DNA of 12,515 nt from the IMG/VR virus record IMGVR_UViG_2531839620_000015; one strand, 5' to 3'. Numbering within the stretch: position 1 is the stretch's first letter; each line of letters begins with the position of its first letter. Position numbers and translations under genes: made by a program. Source of the DNA: a virus (taxonomy: Duplodnaviria; Heunggongvirae; Uroviricota; Caudoviricetes). The notes below the pieces were generated by a model, which saw only the letters and a list, made by a program, of their open reading frames with translations, did not search any database and was not told where the DNA came from. Positions 1 through 7,040 of this stretch are shown here, piece by piece.

Positions 1-1541
1 TGCTTCGCCTGACCGTGGCCGCGGATGACGGCAGTGAGCGGCTGGTCAGCACGGCCCGGACGACGGAAACCACATACCGCTTCACGCAACTGGCGCTGGG
101 GAACTACAGGCTGACAGTCCGGGCGGTAAATGCGTGGGGACAGCAGGGCGATCCGGCGTCGGTATCGTTCCGGATTGCCGCACCGGCAGCGCCGTCACAG
201 ATTGAGCTGACACCGGGCTATTTTCAGATAACAGCGGTCCCGCGTCTTGCGGTGTATGACCCGACGGTACAGTTTGAGTTCTGGTTTTCGGAAACGCGGA
301 TTACCGATATCAGGCAGGTTGAAACCACAGCCCGCTACCTTGGCACGGGGCTGTACTGGATAGCCGCCAGTATCAATATCAAACCGGGCCATGATTATTA
401 CTTTTATATCCGCAGTGTGAACACCGTTGGCAAATCGGCATTTGTGGAGGCTGTTGGCCAGCCGAGTGATGATGCATCCGGCTATCTGGATTTTTTCAAA
501 GGAGAGATAGGGAAAACCCATCTGGCTCAGGAGTTGTGGACTCAGATTGATAACGGTCAGCTTGCGCCTGACCTGGCGGAAATCAGAACGTCCATCACGG
601 ATGTCAGTAATGAAATCACGCAGACCGTCAATAAGAAACTGGAAGACCAGAGTGCAGCGATCCAGCAGATACAGAAGGTTCAGGTTGATACAAATAATAA
701 CCTGAACAGCATGTGGGCAGTGAAGCTGCAGCAGATGCAGGACGGACGCCTTTATATTGCGGGTATCGGTGCCGGTATTGAGAACACCTCTGACGGCATG
801 CAGAGTCAGGTGCTGCTGGCGGCAGACAGGATTGCGATGATTAATCCTGCGAATGGCAACACAAAGCCGATGTTTGTTGGTCAGGGCGATCAGATATTCA
901 TGAATGAAGTGTTCCTGAAATATCTGACGGCTCCCACCATTACCAGTGGCGGCAATCCTCCGGCATTTTCCCTGACATCAGACGGAAAGCTGACCGCGAA
1001 AAATGCGGATATCAGTGGCAGTGTGAATGCGAACTCCGGGACGCTCAACAACGTCACGGTAAATGAAAACTGTACGATTAAGGGCATGCTGGAGGCGACT
1101 CAGGTCAGAGGTGACTTCGTTAAAGCTGTATCCAAATCATTTCCGAAACAGGCTGGTACGTGGGGTAACACGGAAACACCAAACGGGACGGTTACAGTCA
1201 CCATCAGCGATGATCATAACTTTGACCGTCAAATCATTATTCCGCCCATTATCTTTAACGGAATAGCGTATAGCGATCCGGGAAGTGGTAATAACCCGGG
1301 AGGTACAAGATACACGGGTTATGGTTTTGAAGTTCGCAAAAACGGTGTATTAATCGCATCCAGAGAAACTAAAGGGGCCATTCCCGGTAGCTACAGTGCG
1401 GTTATTGATATGCCGAGTGGCAGGGGAAGCGTCACTCTGGAGTTTAAGGTTTTCCATAAAGGCAATCAGCGGGCAGGTAATATCACCGACTGTACGGTGA
1501 TTGTGACCAAAAAAGCGGCTTCCGGCATCAGTATCCGTTGA
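1..1541 (+). CDS. J: Host-specificity / central tail fibre protein J, C-terminal ~510 aa (5' end lies off-window; reading frame begins at nt 3)
   Basis: Open frame runs from the window edge to TGA at 1539-1541. It sits immediately upstream of lom-stf-tfa, the canonical lambda order J-lom-stf-tfa. Identity rests mainly on this synteny and on size, not on a remembered sequence match. Confidence 0.75.
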   Translation, partial: LRLTVAADDGSERLVSTARTTETTYRFTQLALGNYRLTVRAVNAWGQQGDPASVSFRIAAPAAPSQIELTPGYFQITAVPRLAVYDPTVQFEFWFSETRITDIRQVETTARYLGTGLYWIAASINIKPGHDYYFYIRSVNTVGKSAFVEAVGQPSDDASGYLDFFKGEIGKTHLAQELWTQIDNGQLAPDLAEIRTSITDVSNEITQTVNKKLEDQSAAIQQIQKVQVDTNNNLNSMWAVKLQQMQDGRLYIAGIGAGIENTSDGMQSQVLLAADRIAMINPANGNTKPMFVGQGDQIFMNEVFLKYLTAPTITSGGNPPAFSLTSDGKLTAKNADISGSVNANSGTLNNVTVNENCTIKGMLEATQVRGDFVKAVSKSFPKQAGTWGNTETPNGTVTVTISDDHNFDRQIIIPPIIFNGIAYSDPGSGNNPGGTRYTGYGFEVRKNGVLIASRETKGAIPGSYSAVIDMPSGRGSVTLEFKVFHKGNQRAGNITDCTVIVTKKAASGISIR

Positions 1542-1563
1542 AATATTTATAACCCTAATAACG

Positions 1564-1590
1564 GGCGCCAGAAATGGCGCCTTTTTTATT
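1564..1590 (+). terminator. Rho-independent terminator after J
   Basis: Perfect 7-bp stem GGCGCCA (1564-1570) / TGGCGCC (1575-1581) with GAAA tetraloop, followed by TTTTTT (1582-1587). Confidence 0.7.
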
Positions 1591-1611
1591 GCAGAAAATC
1601 GGGAGGTAATT

Positions 1612-2211
1612 ATGCGTAAAGTTTGTGCAGCAATTTTGTCCGCAGCCATTTGTCTGGCCGTATCCGGTGTGCCTGCATGGGCGTCTGAGCATCAGTCCAC
1701 GCTGAGCGCAGGATATCTTCATGCCAGTACGGACGCTCCCGGCAGCGATGATCTGAACGGGATTAACGTGAAATACCGTTATGAGTTTACGGACACACTG
1801 GGGCTGATTACGTCCTTCAGTTATGCCAACGCCGAAGATGAGCAAAAAACGCATTACAGCGATACCCGCTGGCATGAGGATTACGTGCGTAACCGCTGGT
1901 TCAGCGTGATGGCAGGGCCGTCTGTGCGTGTGAATGAATGGTTCAGTGCGTATGCGATGGCGGGTGTGGCTTACAGCCGTGTGTCGACTTTTTCCGGGGA
2001 TTATTTCCGCGTAACTGACAACAAGAGGAAAACGCACGACGTGCTGACCGGAAGTGATGACGCTCGCTACAGCAACACATCTCTGGCGTGGGGGGCTGGC
2101 GTGCAGTTTAACCCGACCGAATCAGTGGCCGTTGATGTCGCTTATGAAGGCTCCGGCAGCGGTGACTGGCGCACTGACGGTTTCATCGTGGGTGTCGGTT
2201 ATAAATTTTGA
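1612..2211 (+). CDS. lom: Lom, outer-membrane beta-barrel protein of the Ail/Lom/PagC/OmpX family (lambda moron)
   Basis: 199 aa. SD GGGAGG at 1601-1606, 5 nt before ATG 1612. N-terminal signal peptide MRKVCAAILSAAICLAVSGVPAWA. C-terminus ...GSGSGDWRTDGFIVGVGYKF matches lambda Lom as I remember it. Position between J and stf as in lambda. Confidence 0.9.
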   Translation: MRKVCAAILSAAICLAVSGVPAWASEHQSTLSAGYLHASTDAPGSDDLNGINVKYRYEFTDTLGLITSFSYANAEDEQKTHYSDTRWHEDYVRNRWFSVMAGPSVRVNEWFSAYAMAGVAYSRVSTFSGDYFRVTDNKRKTHDVLTGSDDARYSNTSLAWGAGVQFNPTESVAVDVAYEGSGSGDWRTDGFIVGVGYKF

Positions 2212-2232
2212 TTAGTAACACAGCGTTATGAC

Positions 2233-2262
2233 AGCCCGCCGGTTCAGGCGGGCTTTTTTGTG
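2233..2262 (+). terminator. Rho-independent terminator after lom
   Basis: Stem AGCCCGCC (2233-2240) / GGCGGGCT (2247-2254), loop GGTTCA, followed by TTTTTT (2255-2260). Confidence 0.7.
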
Positions 2263-2270
2263 GAGTGGGT

Positions 2271-5189
2271 ATGGCAGCAGTACAAATATCAGGCGTGCTG
2301 AAAGATGGTGCGGGAAAACCAATACAGAACTGCACAATCCAGCTGAAAGCAAAACGTAACAGTACCACGGTGGTGGTGAACACGGTGGCCTCTGAAAATC
2401 CGGATGAAGCCGGGCGTTACAGCATGGACGTTGAGTACGGTCAGTACAGCGTCATTCTGTTGGTGGAGGGATTCCCGCCGTCACATGCCGGGACCATCAC
2501 CGTGTATGAAGATTCTCAACCCGGTACGCTGAATGATTTTCTTGGTGCCATGACTGAGGATGATGTCCGTCCGGAGGCACTGCGCCGTTTTGAGCTGATG
2601 GTGGAAGAGGTGGCGCGTAACGCGTCCGCGGTGGCACAGAACACGGCAGCCGCGAAGAAGTCAGCCAGCGATGCCAGCACATCAGCCCGTGAGGCGGCAA
2701 CCCATGCGACTGATGCTGCGGACTCAGCACGCGCAGCCAGCACGTCAGCCGGACAGGCCGCGTCGTCGGCTCAGTCAGCGTCTTCCAGCGCAGGAACGGC
2801 ATCAACAAAGGCTACTGAAGCATCAAAAAGTGCTGCCGCTGCAGAGTCCTCAAAAAGCGCGGCGGCTACCAGTGCCGGTGCGGCGAAAACGTCAGAAACG
2901 AATGCGGCAGTGTCACAACAATCAGCCGCCACTTCTGCATCCACCGCGACCACGAAAGCGTCAGAAGCTGCCTCCTCAGCCAGGGATGCGTCGGCTTCAA
3001 AAGAGGCGGCAAAATCATCAGAAACGAGCGCAGCCTCGAGCGCCAGTAGTGCAGCCTCCTCGGCAACGGCGGCAGGCAATTCCGCGAAGGCGGCCAAAAC
3101 GTCTGAGACAAACGCTAAGTCCTCTGAAACGGCAGCAGAACAGAGTGCCTCCGCAGCAGCAGGCTCAAAAACAGCGGCTGCATTATCTGCCAGTGCCGCG
3201 TCAACAAGTGCCGGGCAGGCCTCAGCCAGTGCCACCGCCGCCGGAAAATCGGCAGAAAGTGCCGCATCGTCTGCTTCAACAGCCACAACGAAGGCTGGCG
3301 AAGCCACTGAACAGGCCAGCGCAGCAGCGAGTTCTGCTTCCGCAGCGAAGACATCCGAAACGAACGCGAAAGCGTCGGAAACCAGCGCAGAATCCTCAAA
3401 AACGGCTGCCGCATCGTCAGCCAGTTCGGCGGCGTCATCGGCATCATCTGCGTCTGCTTCAAAAGATGAGGCGACCAGACAAGCGTCAGCAGCGAAGAGC
3501 AGCGCCACGACGGCATCCACGAAGGCGACAGAGGCAGCTGGTAGTGCGACGGCAGCAGCTCAGAGCAAAAGTACGGCGGAATCTGCAGCAACGCGCGCTG
3601 AGACAGCGGCAAAACGGGCAGAGGATATTGCATCCGCCGTGGCGCTTGAGGATGCGAGCACGACGAAAAAGGGGATAGTACAGCTCAGCAGTGCGACTAA
3701 CAGCACTTCCGAGTCACTGGCGGCAACGCCAAAAGCCGTTAAGGCCGCGTATGAGCTGGCTAACGGGAAATACACCGCACAGGATGCAACGACAGCACAG
3801 AAAGGGATAGTTCAGCTTAGCAACGCGACCAACAGCACATCTGAAATGCTGGCGGCAACGCCAAAGTCGGTAAAGGCAGCCTATGACCTTGCTAACGGGA
3901 AATATACTGCTCAGGACGCTACGACAGCACAAAAAGGAATTGTCCAGCTCAGTAGTGCAACCAACAGCGCATCTGAAACGCTTGCCGCGACACCGAAAGC
4001 AGTGAAAGCAGCTAATGATAATGCGAATGGTCGGGTACCTTCTGCCCGTAAGGTGAATGGTAAGGCGCTTTCATCGGATATAACACTGACGCCGAAAGAT
4101 ATTGGTACGCTTAACTCAACAACAATGTCATTCAGCGGTGGTGCTGGTTGGTTCAAATTAGCAACGGTAACCATGCCACAGGCGAGTTCTGTTGTTTCAA
4201 TTACGTTGATTGGTGGCGCGGGATTTAACGTGGGGTCACCTCAACAGGCAGGTATATCTGAACTTGTTTTGCGTGCAGGTAATGGTAATCCGAAGGGGAT
4301 TACTGGTGCTTTATGGCAGCGCACATCGACAGGGTTTACAAATTTTGCCTGGGTCAATACATCTGGTGATACTTACGATATTTACGTTGCAATCGGAAAT
4401 TATGCGACTGGTGTAAATATTCAATGGGATTATACCAGTAATGCCAGCGTGACGATTCATACGTCACCAGCATATTCTGCTAATAAGCCGGAAGGGTTAA
4501 CGGACGGTACAGTTTATTCACTCTATACGCCATCAGAGCAGTTTTATCCGCCTGGCGCACCAATCCCGTGGCCATCAGATACCGTTCCGTCTGGCTATGC
4601 CCTGATGCAGGGGCAGACTTTTGACAAATCTGCATACCCGAAACTTGCAGCCGCTTATCCGTCAGGCGTGATCCCTGATATGCGTGGCTGGACGATTAAG
4701 GGCAAACCTGCCAGTGGTCGGGCCGTATTGTCTCAGGAACAGGACGGCATTAAATCGCACACCCACAGCGCCAGCGCATCCAGTACGGATTTGGGGACGA
4801 AAACCACATCGTCGTTTGATTACGGCACTAAATCCACGAATAACACCGGGGCGCACACGCACAGTGTGAGCGGTACAGCCGCAAGTGCCGGAAACCATAC
4901 TCATAGTGTCACAGGCGCATCAGCAGTCAGCCAGTGGTCACAAAATGGGTCAGTACATAAGGTAGTGTCTGCGGCCAGTGTGAATACAAGTGCTGCAGGA
5001 GCGCACACTCATAGTGTCAGCGGCACAGCTGCATCTGCAGGTGCTCACGCACATACTGTCGGTATTGGTGCTCATACGCACTCTGTTGCGATTGGCTCAC
5101 ATGGACACACCATCACCGTTAACGCTGCGGGTAACGCGGAAAACACTGTCAAAAACATCGCATTTAACTACATTGTGAGGCTTGCATAA
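2271..5189 (+). CDS. stf: Side tail fibre protein Stf (lambda Stf-like, 972 aa from ATG 2271)
   Basis: SD GGAG at 2262-2265, 5 nt before ATG 2271 (the ORF track starts at GTG 2265). N-terminus [17 protein letters not shown]...[16 protein letters not shown] and C-terminus ...[31 protein letters not shown] match remembered lambda Stf. Contains a long Ala/Ser/Thr-rich low-complexity region (about 2640-3640), three tandem 44-aa repeats, and His-rich HTHS motifs near the C-terminus. Confidence 0.9.
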   Translation: MAAVQISGVLKDGAGKPIQNCTIQLKAKRNSTTVVVNTVASENPDEAGRYSMDVEYGQYSVILLVEGFPPSHAGTITVYEDSQPGTLNDFLGAMTEDDVRPEALRRFELMVEEVARNASAVAQNTAAAKKSASDASTSAREAATHATDAADSARAASTSAGQAASSAQSASSSAGTASTKATEASKSAAAAESSKSAAATSAGAAKTSETNAAVSQQSAATSASTATTKASEAASSARDASASKEAAKSSETSAASSASSAASSATAAGNSAKAAKTSETNAKSSETAAEQSASAAAGSKTAAALSASAASTSAGQASASATAAGKSAESAASSASTATTKAGEATEQASAAASSASAAKTSETNAKASETSAESSKTAAASSASSAASSASSASASKDEATRQASAAKSSATTASTKATEAAGSATAAAQSKSTAESAATRAETAAKRAEDIASAVALEDASTTKKGIVQLSSATNSTSESLAATPKAVKAAYELANGKYTAQDATTAQKGIVQLSNATNSTSEMLAATPKSVKAAYDLANGKYTAQDATTAQKGIVQLSSATNSASETLAATPKAVKAANDNANGRVPSARKVNGKALSSDITLTPKDIGTLNSTTMSFSGGAGWFKLATVTMPQASSVVSITLIGGAGFNVGSPQQAGISELVLRAGNGNPKGITGALWQRTSTGFTNFAWVNTSGDTYDIYVAIGNYATGVNIQWDYTSNASVTIHTSPAYSANKPEGLTDGTVYSLYTPSEQFYPPGAPIPWPSDTVPSGYALMQGQTFDKSAYPKLAAAYPSGVIPDMRGWTIKGKPASGRAVLSQEQDGIKSHTHSASASSTDLGTKTTSSFDYGTKSTNNTGAHTHSVSGTAASAGNHTHSVTGASAVSQWSQNGSVHKVVSAASVNTSAAGAHTHSVSGTAASAGAHAHTVGIGAHTHSVAIGSHGHTITVNAAGNAENTVKNIAFNYIVRLA
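3660..4013 (+). repeat. Three tandem 132-bp (44-aa) coding repeats inside stf (phage tail-fibre repeat type), third copy truncated
   Basis: Repeat units begin at 3669, 3801 and 3933 (exact 132-nt period). Units read KGIVQLS[SN]ATNS[TA]SE[SMT]LAATPK[AS]VKAAY[ED][15 protein letters not shown]. Copies differ mostly at synonymous positions. Confidence 0.85.
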
Positions 5190-5767
5190 TGGCATTCAGA
5201 ATGAGTGAACAACCACGGACCATAAAAATTTATAATCTGCTGACCGGAACTAATGAATTTATTGGTGAAGGTGACGCATATATTCCGCCTCATACAGGTC
5301 TGCCAGCAAACAGTACCGATATTGCACCGCCAGATATTCCGGCTGGCTTCGTGGCTGTTTTCAACAGTAATGAGGCATCGTGGCATCTCGTTGAAGATCA
5401 TCGGGGTAAAACGGTTTATGACGTGGCTTCCGGCGACGCGTTATTTATTTCTGAACTCGGTCCGTTACCGGAAAATGTTACCTGGTTGTCGCCGGATGGA
5501 GAGTGTCAGAAGTGGAACGGCACATCCTGGGCGAAAGATGCAGAAGCAGAAAAACTGTTTCGGGTACGGGAGGCAGAAGAAACAAAAAACAGCCTGATGC
5601 AGGTAGCCAGTGAGCATATTGCGCCACTTCAGGATGCCGTAGATTTGGATATTGCGACGGAGGAAGAGGCATCGTTACTGGCTGCATGGAAGACATATCG
5701 GGTATTGTTGAATCGTGTTGATACAACAGTAGCAGCGGATGTTGAGTGGCCAGTCGCCCCACAATAA
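5189..5767 (+). CDS. tfa: Tail fibre assembly protein Tfa (lambda Tfa-like)
   Basis: 192 aa. ATG 5189 overlaps the stf stop (TAATG). N-terminus [18 protein letters not shown]...[26 protein letters not shown] matches remembered lambda Tfa. Stop TAA at 5765-5767. Confidence 0.9.
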   Translation: MAFRMSEQPRTIKIYNLLTGTNEFIGEGDAYIPPHTGLPANSTDIAPPDIPAGFVAVFNSNEASWHLVEDHRGKTVYDVASGDALFISELGPLPENVTWLSPDGECQKWNGTSWAKDAEAEKLFRVREAEETKNSLMQVASEHIAPLQDAVDLDIATEEEASLLAAWKTYRVLLNRVDTTVAADVEWPVAPQ

Positions 5768-5773
5768 AAAGAA

Positions 5774-5803
5774 AAAGCCATCGACAGAAATATCGATGGC
5801 TTT
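5774..5803. terminator. Bidirectional hairpin terminator between convergent tfa (+) and the acetyltransferase gene (-)
   Basis: 11-bp perfect stem AAAGCCATCGA (5774-5784) / TCGATGGCTTT (5793-5803) with an 8-nt loop. On the minus strand it is followed by a T-rich tract (TTTTCTTTTTATTG). On the plus strand the U-tract is weak (TTTATGT). Confidence 0.6.
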
Positions 5804-5810
5804 ATGTACT

Positions 5811-6383
5811 CTATTTATACAATACAACACCACTCTTTTTAGTTATATATGTGCAGTTTGATGGTATATCTTTATTTATAAAAGACATTGCACCTATTTT
5901 TACATTATCCCCAATTTTACGTGATAATCCAATGATGCAACAATTAGCTCCGATATCAACGTTACTACCAATTTTTACTCTTGAACTAGGCATATCACCA
6001 TCTATCTGTCCAATGGTAGTATTCTGTCGTAATACCAGATTTTCACCCGCATCAACAGCAAAATGAACAACAATTCCAGCATGATGGGGAATTGTCAACC
6101 CTTTTCCAATATTTGCGCCCAATCCTATTTCACAACCAAACTTGTTAATTATTTTACTGTTTAACTTTTTGGCTGCTTTCTTATGTAATTTATTACCATT
6201 AATATACATTTCGTTAGCCAACCGCCACCAGAAAAGGAAATTCCGGTTACGCTGCTTTTTCTCTCTTAAAAGCCTCCAGATATCCATACGTTTCCGCCGA
6301 ATTACTTCATGTTTCCAGAAGTTTTTTAAATTAGTAGAGTTTCCAAATAAAACAAAGTGAATTGCCATTAAGTAAGATAGCAC
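5811..6383 (-). CDS. Hexapeptide-repeat O-acetyltransferase, serine acetyltransferase (CysE) / WcaB-like left-handed beta-helix family; likely start GTG 6383 (the ORF track extends to GTG 6416)
   Basis: The C-terminal half shows imperfect hexapeptide repeats (IGANIGKGLTI, HAGIVV, TTIGQ, VKIGSNVDIGANCCIIG, KIGDNVKIGAMSFI), preceded by a basic/aromatic N-terminal region as in the SAT family. A perfect SD AAGGAG lies 6 nt upstream of the in-frame GTG at 6383-6381. Neither GTG 6416 nor ATG 6368 has an SD. The gene is visibly AT-rich relative to its flanks. No signal peptide or transmembrane segment is apparent. Confidence 0.7.
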   Translation of the reverse strand: MLSYLMAIHFVLFGNSTNLKNFWKHEVIRRKRMDIWRLLREKKQRNRNFLFWWRLANEMYINGNKLHKKAAKKLNSKIINKFGCEIGLGANIGKGLTIPHHAGIVVHFAVDAGENLVLRQNTTIGQIDGDMPSSRVKIGSNVDIGANCCIIGLSRKIGDNVKIGAMSFINKDIPSNCTYITKKSGVVLYK

Positions 6384-6434
6384 GATAATCTCCTTAATTA
6401 TTATTTCAGACCACACATGTTATAAGGTTAAGAG

Positions 6435-6463
6435 ATTATAAAATCCTGTTATTTGTTATTCAA
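6435..6463 (-). promoter_or_regulatory. Candidate sigma70 promoter for the acetyltransferase gene
   Basis: Read on the minus strand: -35 TTGAAT (plus coordinates 6458-6463), 17-bp spacer, -10 TATAAT (plus coordinates 6435-6440), about 50 nt upstream of the GTG 6383 start. Confidence 0.4.
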
Positions 6464-6539
6464 AAACAATTTTCTGAGAAGGACATACAACAGCAAGTCG
6501 CCAGTCACCTTCATCAGGAAATTGGCGACATACGTTAAA

Positions 6540-7028
6540 TCAGAGCAGCCCCTTAACTGAGCTGGCCGCGCTATTAAGGGATGATGTCACCTTATCTTTG
6601 AAGCCGGACAGCATATCGCTGAACGATGAGGATTGCAGGCGCTCCCGCAAATCCTCATCACAGCGTTCAAGAGTCAGTGAAAATTCTATCTTTTTCGCCT
6701 TACCGTAGCGATCAAACTCGGAGCGGGTCGTATTCGTTCCGGTCAGGACATACATGCCGTAAATCTGCCCGACGCCATCAATCAAAGGCCAAGGACGTCC
6801 TGTATATGCCTGCGTGGTCAACAACGACAGCGACACTTCGCCACCAGTAATCTCAGGATAAAGAACACCAGAAAGAACGATGCGATCATCACCTGCACCG
6901 ATATACTGCCAGCTTGCTGAACGGTTAACGCGTTCATTTTTCACATGTCGCCAGCTTTTGTTTTGCTGTAACTGCTGATGCGGCAACGTGCGCAGCTCAA
7001 AAACAAACATGCCGTAGATCATCATCAT
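6540..7028 (-). CDS. P2 gpU-like tail protein; likely start at the third Met (7028), ORF track start 7034
   Basis: Motifs LYPEITGG, WPLIDG and KIEFSL and the MMMIYGMFVF N-terminus resemble the phage P2 GpU family as I remember it. It lies immediately downstream of the tape measure, as in P2 (T-U). SD GAGGAG (7042-7037) is 8 nt from ATG 7028. The tape-measure stop (7043-7041) overlaps this SD. Confidence 0.7.
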   Translation of the reverse strand: MMMIYGMFVFELRTLPHQQLQQNKSWRHVKNERVNRSASWQYIGAGDDRIVLSGVLYPEITGGEVSLSLLTTQAYTGRPWPLIDGVGQIYGMYVLTGTNTTRSEFDRYGKAKKIEFSLTLERCDEDLRERLQSSSFSDMLSGFKDKVTSSLNSAASSVKGLL

Positions 7029-7040
7029 GGCCATGACTCC

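Noticed and set aside
1555-2037. 160-aa minus-strand ORF overlapping lom
   Set aside because: Antisense to a confidently identified gene (Lom, with signal peptide and conserved C-terminus). Cys/His/Arg-rich, non-protein-like composition.
2771-3520. 249-aa Ala-rich ORF antisense to stf (with other antisense ORFs at 2866-3111, 3115-3633 and 3560-3775)
   Set aside because: Shadow ORFs produced by the GC-rich repetitive GCN-codon region of stf. No RBS and no independent evidence.
2671-3678. 335-aa Arg/Pro/Gln-rich ORF on the plus strand inside stf
   Set aside because: It is an alternative frame of the Ala/Ser-rich low-complexity stf coding region. Composition is non-protein-like and it lies entirely within the well-supported stf frame.
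3660-4013. Possible CRISPR-like or other non-coding repeat array
   Set aside because: The 132-bp tandem units are in-frame coding repeats of stf, with no short direct repeats separated by unique spacers. No CRISPR array is present in the window.
5811-6416. NeuO-type heptanucleotide phase-variation repeats at the 5' end of the acetyltransferase gene
   Set aside because: I looked for a tandem 7-nt repeat tract near the start codon and found none, so there is no evidence for this phase-variation mechanism here.
6497-6529. Hairpin (7-bp stem GTCGCCA / TGGCGAC, 19-nt loop) downstream of gpU as a terminator for the P2-like operon
   Set aside because: Long loop and no U-tract on the minus strand, so not convincing as an intrinsic terminator. 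It may just be a scar at the deletion junction.
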